Part shown: positions 26,401-39,324 of the stretch, in pieces | Layout of the letters: every line of letters begins with the position of its first letter | Position numbering within the stretch: the stretch's first letter is position 1 | Origin: Carcharhinus longimanus | Lineage: Eukaryota | Assembly: GCA_030264375.1 (NCBI GenBank) | Contig: JASCQW010000043.1 | Location: 63,015,984-63,079,983 of the forward strand | Reading direction: 5' to 3' | DNA length: 64,000 nucleotides | Notes under the pieces: model-generated | Told to the model about the DNA's origin: nothing | The model's database searches: none | Seen by the model: the letters and a program-made list of their open reading frames with translations, nothing else | Made by a program: the position numbers and the translations under genes

Positions 26401-28194
26401 TGAAATGCACATGCACAAATTCTCACCTGGTCCCATTCTCACCCACATGGAAATGGTAGGAACCATGTCCGGGTTGGACTTCTGCATTTCAGCCTCTTCC
26501 AACATTTTCGTAACAATGGTGGGGCTCTCCATCATTGTGAAAATTCATGACCCAATATCAGGTACATCTCAGGCCTATTCATTCTAGTGTAAGAATTGCT
26601 CCAGTTTATTGCCAACATCATCAAATTTCTGGGACAACATATCCTACACCTGCAAGCTCAACAATGTCAGATTTGGTTTTGGTGATACTACAGTATATTA
26701 CTACAGGTAACAATATATAAGATATTTTTGGATATTACTGACATCCTGGTTGGATTCCCATGTTTTACACTGTCACCAGGCATTTGACTCCTCAATGTAT
26801 TTCATTATTATTTTACGGACTGTGTGGAAAAAAAGTGATATAAACATTATGAGGAAATCAGAACTAAGTCTAACTTTACCCACTGATGTACAGCCAATCC
26901 ACCTATTTGTAAGCCTGTGAGAATTGGCAAAGTAACTTCCCTAATCAGCCATTTATCTAATTAAGATTAAAATTCCTATCCATTGTTTTAACACAGCTTG
27001 TGGAGGAATTCATTTCAAACATTATTATAAGAGGAGTCTAGGAACTTGTTTCCTTCCAGGAATGAAACTACACCTGCAGGATACTGTCATCAGTGTCTCT
27101 TATTGTCATCTCTGAATTCTCCAGGTGCAGAATGGACAATGGCACCCAATAGCATCATTCTAAATTTACGCCTCTTCACATATAGAAAATATATACATTA
27201 AATTCATCACAATAGTGCTAAGCAATGTCTATTCCAGTATACCGCATCGCTGCGTTCACCCTATTTTATCTTCCTTTATTTTTCTGAGATTAAATGTAAA
27301 ATAAAACTTTTTTTTGACACCAATTTCGCCCCTCTCCCTTCCAACTGCAGTCCTGCCTCCAACCCCCACCACAAGCTTCTCCTCCACTGGGTCTGAGTAA
27401 GAACTACGCTGGTTTATTATTGCAGGAATGAAAGGCACTCTGACCTTGTCTACCATATGTGTCGGTGACTTCAATGCTGCCCATTATGCTGGAGTCATAG
27501 AGACAGGAATCTACACGATCTGCTCTCCAGGCAATCTGCACGCTAGGACTTCATCCCCATCCTTATCAAACTGGCCATGGCCAAAGCTGCCTCGCTGCCT
27601 AGTCAGCTAATAGGTGCTGGGTGTAAGTGGGCAGGGAGACTGCAGTTATGTAAATACATTGTAAACTATAACCCTGTCAGAATGAAGATGCACCAGCTAA
27701 AACTGTTGAACACATTTCCAAGAGTCATATTGCTCCAACTCAAATCAGCTCTGCCAATTATCCCAATGCCCTGGCTGGCTGCCCTGCCCTGACACAAACT
27801 AACACGCACAGACAGCTTAGATGCAACCTGACCCTGGCAGGTTCCCCTGACCCAATCTCATTTACGTCACTAGCTCTTCTCCCAACCTGACCAGCAAAGA
27901 TAAACTCAAAATCAGCTGACTGGAAGCCACTGGTAATTCTCACTTTATTTGACTTATGTTGTCAGCCACAAACTGACTTCCTGCTCTAGGTTTCTCAGTT
28001 AAGTTGAATTGGAAGCTCTTGTATCCTTGAGGAAGGTTGTGAGTGTTGAAAATGAACATTGTAGAATTGTCCTTCAGATGCGATCATGGCCTTATGTCCT
28101 AACTCTTCTGATTTTTCACGTCGATTGACCCTAACTGAAAAAGAGTAGGGAATCCTCTTGATGTCTTGTGCATTATGGTTCATTCAGTCCATGA

Positions 28195-28470
28195 AAAAAA
28201 ATTGCATTTAAATGGCAACTTTCATAACCCAGAACATGAAGTGCTTTTCAGGAAAATCAAGTTCCCTTATGATGTGCAATTACTGTTGTAATGTGGGAAA
28301 CAGGGCATTTGGTTTCTCCACAGCAATGAAATAAAGGAGAAGATAGTCTATTTTAGTGTTGCTTGTTAACTGAGGGATAAATAGTAGCAGCAGGGAGAAA
28401 CCACCCCCACTTCCCACCCCCCCCCCCCCCACCCCACCCATCCTCAAAATAGTGTCATGGAATCTTCATG
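28195..28470 (-). mobile_element. Deu-type SINE fragment (old)
   Basis: TTGCATTTA...ACTGTTGTAATGTGGGAAAC...CACAGCAATGA...TGAGGGATAAATA...AAATAGTGTCATGGAATCTT. Confidence 0.55.
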
Positions 28471-28489
28471 AAATCTGAAAGAGCTGACA

Positions 28490-28754
28490 ATCAGCCGGTT
28501 TCTCGGCTGCGAGAGGCGGCGCACCCTTCACCAGCGGCGAGATCTTCTGGTCCGGTTCCTGTCAGTGGGATTTCCCACTGTTGCCAGNNNNNNNNNNNNN
28601 NNNNNNNNNNNNNNNNNNNNNNNNNNNNNNNNNNNNNNNNNNNNNNNNNNNNNNNNNNNNNNNNNNNNNNNNNNNNNNNNNNNNNNNTGCCAGCGGTGTG
28701 CTGCTGGTGGGATCAGAGAATCCGCCATGAGCAAACAGCCAAAGAATTCCAGCC
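28490..28754. mobile_element. Palindromic MITE-like element spanning a gap
   Basis: GATCTTCTGGTCC.. versus GGGATCAGAGAATC inverted arms. It ends in AGAATTCCAGCC and resembles 4190-4332. Confidence 0.5.
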
Positions 28755-29084
28755 AGGGTCTTGCAGTTTACAAAAAACACATTCACTGGTTATTGCTTTT
28801 TGTAGGACATTGTTATGAACAATATGGTTGTTAGTTTCATCTACATAAAAACAGCCATTGCATCGCAAAAAATAAATCAATGTACAAAGCACTTTGGAAC
28901 ACTTTTGATGCTGGACAGGGTAGCACTTCTAACAAATACAAATTATTATCATATGGAGGTAGAGTTTTTGAGCAAAATGGCTACTTCAGTAGGGTATGAA
29001 ACAAATAGTCACGACCCATTCATTATATATCCCACTGGACTTTCTTTTCCATTGATTTCAATTTTGGTGTGCCAGAAAAATTTG

Positions 29085-29410
29085 CAATAAATAGCACTTA
29101 AATGCAGCAAAATGTTTCAAGCTACTTCACCAGGGCTTTATCTATAAAATACATTTTTGATACCTAGACACATAAGGAAATGTTACGAGGAATAGCCAAA
29201 ACCTTAGAGAAAGAGGTAGGTTTTAAGGAACATCTTAAATGAGGAAAGAAAGATAAAGAAGCAGAGAGGTTTAGGGAAGGAATTCCAGAGCTTAAGGTCT
29301 TGGCAGCTAAAGGCACAGCCACCAGCGATGGAGCAGAAAAGATTAGGATGTACAAGAAGCCAAAATTGAAGGAACGCAGGGATCTGGGAGACTTATAGAG
29401 CTGGGGGTAG
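29085..29410 (-). mobile_element. L2-type LINE 3' end
   Basis: AAAGAGGTAGGTTTTAAGGA...AGAGAGGTTTAGGGAAGGAATTCCAGAGCTTAAGG...GCAGCTAAAGGCACAGCCACCA. Confidence 0.7.
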
Positions 29411-30844
29411 GCTAGAGAGGTGCGGCCAAATAATGGCTAGTCAGCCAGTGACTACCCATTTTATCACCTGCCAAAGGAGGCTGTTGCATAATAGCTTTTT
29501 CCAAAGATATATTAAATATGTAAAAATATAACAAACATTCAAATAACTCTATTAAGTACCCTGAATTTTAATTTTACTTTGCACCCAAGAAAGGATTCTT
29601 TTACCTTTCAAGGACACAAGAAAGCATGAAAGGCGATGGAGGATGTGTACACCATAGACCCGTTAACATCTGAAAAGGGAGAATGAAGGTTAACTGTTCA
29701 GACATAGGCCTTTGTCTGAACTGTGTAAAATATTTCCTGACCTGAATACATTCTCTCACTGAGAGAGAGGAAAAAAGACAATTTGTTCAATACTATTTGC
29801 TTTTATAGGTCTCAGCGACATTAGCTGCGGGCCATTTGTCATTAGATTTTTTTCCCCTCCCCACGACCTTTTATTCATTTGCAGGCAAGTTAATTTGTCG
29901 CTGCATAATCAGTTAGGAGTGGAATGGAATTGCTGCGGGGGGGATGGGACTTGCTGCAGATTTCTGTTTCCCAGCTCAGTAGAACAGCACTCAATTAAGG
30001 GATCCTCAAGAGCCGTCAGTTCGAAAACAAGCCTCACTCTCCTGACGTACAAAATACACTGAAACTAGCAAAAAAAACATAGCACTTACTGAAAACAATA
30101 AAACAGCAAGGTTTTGAAAAGAGTATTAAATATATACACTGCATCCATTAAAATGGAGTTGCCGAAATGTTTGAAAGTGAGGATTTAAATCTGGAGATCA
30201 ATAACTATCACTTTTATAAGTGACGGAGATGTTGGAAGTCTCTTTCCTGAATTATCTCTCGCTTTGTTGCCCACTAATGGTTTGTTCTTTATTGCACAAT
30301 TGTTTTATGATGTGTCATGTGCCCTGGAATATTTTGGCTTTGTGCGTGGGTGGGGGAAGGGTGAGAGACATGCAGCATGTGTTGATTGTAACCTTCTGTG
30401 AAAGTAGTAAGGTTTCTGATTCAACCTCAAGATAAGAGTAAAATGATTTGAGCACAGCCAATGTCAAGTGTTGCGAGTCTCAGTTTCCCCAAGGTTCATT
30501 CTTATGCAATTACGTTCAGTCAGAATTAATTAATACACCATAGCCAGCTAAATGAGTACATGACATCTGTGAAGACATAATGTGTTTTAAGAGAAAGAGG
30601 TCTGTGGGTAATGGGTTAATTTGAAGAACAGCAATGCCTTTAGATGGCAACTTTAACCTATCAATGCACCTTCAGGTGGGTGGGGTAAATAAAAGTTTTA
30701 CAGGAGATGAGCTAGGAAGGTGTAAGAAGAATCTTCTAGAGCTTAGTGCCTAGCTGCCTAAAGGAAAAGCCCTAATAGTGGTGCAAAAGGATTTTGGGAT
30801 TCATTAAGAGACCAGAGCCAAAGGAACAGAGAGTTCTTGAGTTG

Positions 30845-31040
30845 TTGGGGGAAGAAGTCTTTCCTGTCTAACATATCTAGGCCCTTCATAAGTTTGTGCA
30901 CCTCAACTTGGTCACCCCTTAACCTCCTCTGTTCTAAGAAAAGCAATCTCTCCTCAGAGCTACAATTTTCAAGCCCTGGCAACATTCTTGTAAATCTCCT
31001 CTGCACTCCGTCCAGAACAATTAGGTCCTTCCTGTAACGT
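30845..31040 (-). mobile_element. CR1 LINE internal fragment
   Basis: VQRRFTRMLPGLE....ERL...LEQRRLRGD..EV.K..KGLD. Confidence 0.85.
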
Positions 31041-31684
31041 GTCCACAGGTAACAAAGATATAGCTGTGGGTTTTAGCAGAAGATAGGCTGAGACAGGCGG
31101 AACTGGGCAATGTAATGGAAATCAAAGTAGGCATTTTCTGAAATGGAAAGGATATGAGGTGTGGAAACTCAGCTCAAGGTCACAAAGTTCTGCTTGACCT
31201 GAGACAGTGACCTGGGCCAGAAATGCAATCTGTGCAAAGACTATGGAAATCGTAATACCAGCTAATGTTTACTCAAGGAAATTGCGACTGATTTAGGACT
31301 GAATATCAGATGGCTGGTGTCGCAACGGATGGTCAAGGAAGGGGTTGGAGACAAAGAGCTGAATGCTTGTAGAACCTGCACCATGTCTCTAGATGATGTT
31401 ATCAAGGACAGCATATAGATGAGGAACTGGAGAAGCCAACAATAGATCTTTGGGGTAATCAAGAGGTCACAATGGGGTTGGAAGAGAAACAATTACTAGG
31501 GATGCTGTTGCTATGGTTCAATAACTAAAATTGGAACCATATGAGAGAAGCTAAAATCTGGATGTTGTGTCTTTTGTGCATTAATTTTCATTAAGAGTAA
31601 TTTTCTTAAAATTAGACTTCATTTTTTCAGATTGATTCCATTTATTTTAAGTTCATTCTATTTCCAAATGGTATCCAACAAAAT

Positions 31685-31973
31685 GGGCGGCTAGGTGGCA
31701 CAGTGGTTCACACTGCTGCCTCACAGTGCCAGGGATCGGGGTTCGATTCCCAGCTTGGGTCACTGACTGCAGAGTCTGCGTGGCTTTCCTCCGGGTGCTC
31801 TGGTTTCCTCCTACAGTCCAAAAGACATGCTGGTTGGGTGCATTCGCATTGCTAAATTCTCCACTGTGTACCCGAACAGGCGCTGGAGTGTGGCAACTTA
31901 GGGATTTTCACAGTAACTTCATTGCAGTGTTAATGTAAGCCTACTTGTGACATCAATAAATAAACTTTAACTT
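31685..31973 (+). mobile_element. V-SINE with alternative tail
   Basis: GGTGGCACAGTGGTT..CACTGCTGCCTCACAG..GGTTCGATTCCC head. The tail ends CTACTTGTGACATCAATAAATAAACTTTAACTT. Confidence 0.9.
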
Positions 31974-34664
31974 AAAAAGTGAACTAGCACAGGGGTGATG
32001 GGTGAATGGGAACTAGTGTGATTAAGAATACAGGAAACAGTCTTGGGCCAGCTGAAATGTATGGAAGTTGAAAGGTGGGAGGCCAGGTAGGAGAATGTTG
32101 GAATAGTTGTGCATGGCAAAGCCCTCATAAATGTGGATGCACATTTTCCATGGAGAAATATCCTTTGATACACACCGTAGCAAGATTACATTGGCTTGAA
32201 ATGTCTTGGAAATACAAATGCATCAATTATGCATTACAGAGAACTGAATGTGAATTTTATTATAATACCATTAACATACTAACAGTTTTCTTATATAGGT
32301 TGAAACTGTTTCAAATTACAATTGTCTTTTTATATGACCAGAATTATCTAAATTACCACCATTATAGCAGTTATAAAGGAAGAAGAAAGAAGCATGTGTG
32401 TTTGTAGTTCTTTTCATGACCTCGGGATGCCCCAGTGCACATTATAGCCAATAAAATACTTTGCAATGTAGTCACTCTTTTAATGGAGGGAATTATATTC
32501 TGTTTTGATTATATTGATGAACTAACAGTTGGCTCAATTGTTCTTGATATGATATCCATCAGTTTGTATCTATATAATGCCAACAAAGTTAACAAATGTT
32601 TTGCATAATTTACAGGAGATTGAGAACCCAATTGGAGGTTGGAAGAGATTTTGGAGAAGAGAACATGGAAGGCACTGTTAAACAGATATATATTTAAGGA
32701 AACTTTTAAAAGAGTTGTGAAAGGTAGACAAGAGGTCACCCAGTTTCTGAGGAGGAGAGGGTGCAGGCAGACTGAAGTGAGACTATGGAGAAGTTTACAA
32801 TTGAGGATTTTAAAATTGATCTGTCAGACGATGGGGAGTTAGTGGAGCTTTTAAGGACATGCATGATGGGTATGCAAGAATTTATGCAAAAGATAAAATA
32901 GGCCACAGAATTGTGTGTTAACTCTGAATTATCTGGGAGACAGAGGAGGGGAGACAAGAATAAGAGACGGTGAGAAATCAATCTTTTAGGTGGTGAATGC
33001 GCCAGTGTATTAGCAGTAGAGGAAAGAGAGGCAGGGGTCCAAGAAGCTAACATTGGAGCAGTTGAATAATGTGCACTTAGTACTTAACCAGATGTGGGAA
33101 AGGAGTAAAATGCTGAGGCTGCACATCATATGGTTTGAAGGGAATGGATAGCAGAAGAGTTAATGAAACCGAGCTGGAGGTACACAGGTGCTGTGGCATG
33201 ATCCAAAGCACACATATATGTAACAGGATCTCCCAAAGATATTTTTATTGAAATGCTCAGAAATAATCTGAGCAGCAGAACTGTCTGCGGTTCCGTCTCT
33301 GATCTGTGGGTGAGTTCCTGCATCAGATGAACAGTGATGCAGACGCTAAGCTGACCTGAGCAGCTTGGACCAAGGAATGGAAAAGTTGTATCAGGGTTTC
33401 AGCCCTTGATCAATGTCCTACGATCCCTGCTGGCAAGTTACGCATGTACAGACATCGGGCTCAGCCGCGACCTTCTCTAGGTTCAAGTAGCCTTCTGACA
33501 CTCACTGACTTAGCACATGAAGAATGACCACTTGAAAGAGGTATTCATGGATGCCTTCCACTCGTAGAATAATGCCCTAACAACAGTCAGTGCTTTAGAA
33601 AAGAGGGGGAAATAAAGAGAAAATTAAAACAATTCTGAACTATTTCCTGTAGAAATAATATTAAGAGCTGGCAGTAGGTAAGTCATAAAACAGAGGCCAG
33701 TGCCTCACTGAATTTCTGATATTTGCTGCCAGCAGGTGAGAATGGACACATAACATTGATTGTGAAAGGGATAAAAACCATTGGATTCTAATGATCCCTA
33801 CCTGGTATTGTGCCTCAAGCCTTACCATCAAACTTTGGTCACAAAATTTGTCTCTATGGCACTTAGAGTGCTGGTACAATGAAAAGCCTGAACTCAAATA
33901 ATGTCAGCTAGAATAGTTCTGGCCATTTCTAGCACAGGTCACTTGGAGTGCCTTTACTGACAGTGCCACCCATGTGCTAGAAGCATGCAGAGTGAATGGA
34001 TTGTTAAGTCAATCAGTCTCTAATGAGATTTGGCAGATAACCTACCATTTTTGACTGTGCAGATTGGGTTATTGCACCTTCATAGTCACTTCCAGATGGT
34101 CCTGGCTTCAGCTTTTTAAATAGCGTTAATGATGAGTCCCTCATGCAGCTGATCATTCAACTATCATGTGAGATGCTTTGGACTTAGGAAACCTGCTTCA
34201 CTGACGGAAGCTACAATTAGAAATCTTCTTGAGCTGCAGCACGACTTGAAAATAGAGCTAAGCAGCAGAGAGAGGAAGTAGTGCAAGGAGGGGAAGTCTA
34301 TCTATAGGAATTCCTATCCAGCAAGGATCTTTAGAGAACACCTATATCTACATTTCAGCCAGGAAATGTAGTGCCTGAGTTTTACCAAGATGATAATTAG
34401 ACTGATTCACATTCTACAACCTGAATTGTTACCTCACAATAGATTGATAATAGCACTGCCGATGACTGTTAAGGATACTATCACCCTTACTTTCTATGCC
34501 AGTTGATCTTCCAAGGTAGAACCAGATGAGATTAGCAACATCTCACAATTTGCTGTCCATTGATACATCATGAAGGTGACCGAGGTCCTGTATAGAAGGA
34601 AAGAGGATTTCACTGTCTTCTCACTGACCAGGGAGAAACAAGGAGAGAGAGCACGTGGATTTGC

Positions 34665-35215
34665 CAGGCTGGTGGGACCACACCTGGAATATTGTCAACA
34701 ATTTTGGTCCCTTTATCTAAGGAAAGATATACTGGTCTTGGAGGCCGTGCAGAGAAAGTTTCACTAAGTTGATCCTGGGTGTGAACAGATTTTTGTCTAA
34801 GGTAAAGTTAGTTGGGTCTGTACTCATTGGAGTTTAGAAGAATGAGTGAGAGTCAACATTACTGAGACATAGGATTCTCGGGGGCTTGACTGGTTACGTG
34901 CTGAGAGATTGTCTTAAATGGACAACCACTTACTCTGAGATTATGCCCTCTAGTCCTAGACTCTCCTACAAAAGGAAACAGAGATGAGGAGGAATTTCTT
35001 CTCTCAGAGGGGAGTGAATGTGTGGAATTCTTTTCTGCAGAGGGCTGCAGAGGCCATGTCTTTCAATATGGTGATTTTTAATCAGTAAGGAAATCAAGAG
35101 TTATGGGAATAAGGTAGGACACTGGAATTGAGGATTATCACATCAGACCAGTAATGCTCTCACTGAATGGTGGAGCAGGCTCAGCGGGCTGAATGACTTA
35201 CTTCTACTTCTACGT
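34665..35215 (+). mobile_element. CR1 LINE 3' part with an internal 71-bp inversion
   Basis: [31 protein letters not shown]...EMRRNFFSQR..N.WNS and the GGGCTGAATGACTTACTTC tail. Confidence 0.85.
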
Positions 35216-38200
35216 CATTTGGTATTATTCGAAGAGAATGTGCAGCAATTAGGAATATCAGGTGGCAAACCATCAGTAAGTGGAAGTATCAATCTTGCTA
35301 GCTGCACTGCTCATCAGGATCATGTTTCCAACTTCTTGGAGTTCCACTGTATCATCCATAATATTGCTGTCATGATGGCACAGCTCTTGCCACCAGGTCT
35401 TTAAAGGCCATCTGGACAGGAGGAAGACGAGGATCATCAGTGACCAGTGGTTTTGAGCACTTCAGGTGAACTGGGCTCTTGGGAATGCAATAGCATCTCT
35501 TCAGGCAGCTGTCAATGCCCAACTATGCACTGCAATCTGTCTTCCTTCCCCAGGCCCCTCACTTGCTTTAATGTTCAGACCTGATGCCCCTAAAACTCAC
35601 CTGCCGGCAGCTGCTACTGTATATGTGTCTACCCCTTTTTCCATCTTCCAGCGCATTCGGCTATGGAACATGTGTCTGGGCAAGACTAGGCAAGCCATCC
35701 AGTTCATTTCGGTCAACATAAAATTCTTCCCCATGTCTCTCCTCCTTTTCACCTCTGTTATTAAGGCCTCCAATGTGATTTTTAATCAGTAAGGGAATCA
35801 AGAGTTATGGGGATAAGGTAGGAGAGCCCACTGTCTGGCCTGTTGTCCATTTCTGTTCTCCTCATTTCAACAAAGACTTCAAGCTGCTATTACTGCAACT
35901 GTTCCTGTAGCCAGAGTGCAACCATCCTTTCAGATGGGAAGGCTGCCTTTAAGCAGTGCAGGATTGCAGTATTTTGTGCTAGCCACACTCGGACTTGAGC
36001 CCCTTGCTCAGCCCACAACTATCAGCAGCATATTTTGTGCTGGGGTACATGCTATAGCCACATCGATAAGCAAACAGGCTGCATACTTCAAAGTACCCCA
36101 GGTCATTGTGTGCATGATCCTGTACCCATTATCTGGCCGACTCAAATTTTTCCCTTATGGTCTCAGTTTTCCTGATGAAAAGTTCCAAAAATTTCTCTCA
36201 TAAACAGAAGTGAGGGTAGAGGAGTTATGTATTTAGGGAACTAGTTAAGGAAACAGAAGAGGAAAAGTGCCTGGGGTCAATTTAGACCTTCATAGTGATC
36301 CTAGAGAATAAGTAGCTTGGAAAAGGAATGTATGGCGCAGTGGACCTTGATGTAGTTCACTTAGATGCGCTGATATGGCTAAGCAAGTTACATCCCAGGT
36401 ACACTAAAGCTTGAGGGAACGGAAATTGGTACCATGCATAGGAAAGTGACAGGATGGGGCAGTGACAATGTTGTTGGGGATGAGGTCTTTGAAAGTAGGG
36501 ATGAGCAAATGGCTGAACAAATTATAGCTGTAGAGTTAACAGTAACAAAGGAGGTTCAAACATTTGTCACTTGAAAGTTTGAAAGTGGAGTTGGAAATGA
36601 CTGAAGATGAGTTGTTTTCATGAGGAGGTTCTGAAAGAGGGATTGAAATCGAGGGTTGCCAGGAGATATATGGGAGTGCTCTGTGATAGGCTTCAAGGAA
36701 TTGAACAGCCACAGGAGGTGTTCATGCCATGGAGTGGCTGTGAATATGAGTAGGAGGTTTCATATGGAGGGAGAAGTTCCTTTGATGTTTTCAATATAAT
36801 TTATATAATTGTATCAAGCTTAGAAACAAACAATGAACTTTTTTTCTCCTGAATATTATCCACTTTAGAAGTTATTAGGTCCTTTAAACTCAGTACTTAT
36901 CAAAAATTCATAAGTTGCTGACTGTGATTTTTTTGATCATGGTTCTCCCTTATGAAGTATGACTACTGTATCTGTATCAAATCAGTCTTTTCCAGTTTAT
37001 TGGAAGAGTATAAAACAAAATTATTGACATTCTAATCTAACAAGCATATGGAGTGGGATAAAATCATACTTCAGTGAAGCATGAAATGCCAGTGCACTGG
37101 AGAGAATCCCAGATTTAAGCGAAAAGCTACTTATACTTTATAAGGATTCACATATATAATAGCTTAATTATATTCTGCTGTTCCAGCCACCAAATGGGGA
37201 GTAACTTCCAGATGTGTTCTATTAAGCATATATTTAAGAATAGTTCTTAAGCAGAAAAGTAATCAGGGATTCAAGAAGACTTTTGTAAAACTACTGACGT
37301 ATGAAGAGTTGTTAAAGCTGGTTGTTCTGTACCATTTATCTCAATTAAAAAAAAGTGAGCAATTAATAAAACTTGAGTCAGGACAAACAAGCATTAACCA
37401 CAGTCTGGTGAGCAAAAAAGGGAACACTGTAGGTTGAATTTTACATAGCAACAGCTCTTCTTACAATCTGACAAGTCTTGGCAGGTTTGATAAGCAGTTT
37501 TTGGACAAGATTATACCCGTTACCAATTTCTCTTCAGGTTAAATTGTTGAATAATTATGACTATCGTTGATATTACAAAGACGTGCATCACTTTTTGAAA
37601 TTATATTTATTCAAAGCAAAACAATCAAGCAGGATGAAATTATTTCAGTGTTTTTCTCACTGTTATTAAGTGAAGCTGTTTTATTATACTTGAGGCATTT
37701 TATGAATGCAAACTGCCTCTGCATCAAAGCTGCAAGTAGATTTATATTAAATTGCTACAGGGCTCAATCCACAAAACCAAAAGAGCCAGAACCGCAGGCT
37801 GACCCAGACAACCAATCATAACATGCATGATTTTATTCCACAACAGTGATTGGCTTAAAATGGGGAACATTTGAGTAACCAGTAGCAGTGGCTATGTTTG
37901 CGATTAAGTTACAAAAAGAGTCATACAGCACCATCAGCAAGGCAAGCAGAGGTGGGTTTGCTCAACCCCCAACCCCCTAGAATTATCCTGGGCACATCAT
38001 AAATTAAAGATTAAGCTCCTGGACACTGCTGTGGAAGAAAAGGCACTGGGATGAATTTAAAAATTCTGTTCACCATTTTCGTTGAATACTTTTTGTTTAT
38101 TAGTCATAAAAATAATTAAGATGGGTGAGGTGGCCTGATTGGATGGAGCTGGCTGGAGGAATGTGTCCAACTGGAGGAGGCAAAGAAATTGACAGATGAG

Positions 38201-38287
38201 ATCCAAACTGAAGATCTGCAAAGGGTCCCCTGGAAAACAAATGAATGGATAATTTTCCACCAGAGTAGTTCTTCCCAAGCTATGTCT

Positions 38288-38331
38288 AACATCAGGATCT
38301 ACAGGCATTTAGAGAGGCAAGGGCTGATTAG
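38288..38331 (+). mobile_element. CR1 RT fragment running into a gap
   Basis: RIYRHLERQGLI motif. Confidence 0.65.
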
Positions 38332-38431
38332 NNNNNNNNNNNNNNNNNNNNNNNNNNNNNNNNNNNNNNNNNNNNNNNNNNNNNNNNNNNNNNNNNNNNN
38401 NNNNNNNNNNNNNNNNNNNNNNNNNNNNNNN

Positions 38432-38523
38432 CTTTTGCTACCAAATAAACCTGTTGGACTTTAATCTGGTGTTGTGAGACTTCTTACTGTGTTTACCCCA
38501 GTCCAACGTCGGCATCTCCACAT
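38432..38523 (+). mobile_element. Penelope-like 3' terminal fragment
   Basis: GCTACCAAATAAACCTGTTGGACTTTAATCTGGTGTTGTGAGACTTCTTACTGTG...GGCATCTCCACAT. Third copy of this end. Confidence 0.85.
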
Positions 38524-38903
38524 GCTGATTTCAGCACCAGGGAACAGGTTGCTGGTAATTGTTGATTCAAGAGATGAGAAGTTGTCACTGACCTTCAGAA
38601 GAAGGAACAATTCATCCTTCAGCTTAAAAGAAGCACTGAGTAGTTGCAAAAAAGGGGTGCATTACTGAATCATTTGCAGCAGGGACATGTTAGGACTCTC
38701 ATTCAGTTTCCTAATGCAGTGTTAATGTCACTTTTGAAAGAAATCAAACACAAGAGTGTTACCTTATGGAATCTTACTTAGGGAATCTATTCAAAAGAGA
38801 AAAGTCCACAATGCCTTGGAGAATGTGGCATGACAATGCTGCACCTTTGCCTGGATTCATTGGGGAATACCTTTGCAGACTCAACAAGATATATATTTTA
38901 AGG

Positions 38904-39292
38904 CTTTTCTTCTTCCTCTTTGGCAATCACTCACGAACGAGTATGATTGCCACCCAAGGAACTCTGTGTTACTGGTCCTGACTTTCGTTGGTCCTTGTGT
39001 AGCTGATGGGACCGAACTGAGAGCTGCATCTGCATTCTATACATTTGGCAGATGTTCCCAGGAGGTGGGTTCAGTCCTGGGTCTCCAGATCACTGATATT
39101 TTTTTCTCAGGCTCTTTTTCCGGTCCTCCTCTTCTCATCAGGTGTCCTCGAAGAATTGTGTCGCTTCAGCCAGGAGGTTCTTCCAAGTATGTCCCTTCTG
39201 AGCAAGGATCTCTCAGGCGTTGATGCCTGTGTTGCATTTCTTGAGGTCAGCCTTTACGGTGTTCTTGAAACGCTTCCTTTGTCTTCTTCTTA
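38904..39292 (-). mobile_element. RTE-clade LINE 3' end (degenerate)
   Basis: Minus strand RRQRKRFKNTVKADLKKCNTGINA*EILAQKGHTWKNLL resembles the RTE/BovB C-terminus. A GAA-rich tail lies at ~38905. Confidence 0.7.
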
Positions 39293-39324
39293 GATGGTCA
39301 AAAATATTTGTGATACAAAGTCTT

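Noticed and set aside
35220-36200. Possible decayed transposase/Myb-like coding sequence (similar impression at 14610-15200)
   Set aside because: No motif could be read out with confidence. It needs a translated HMM search.
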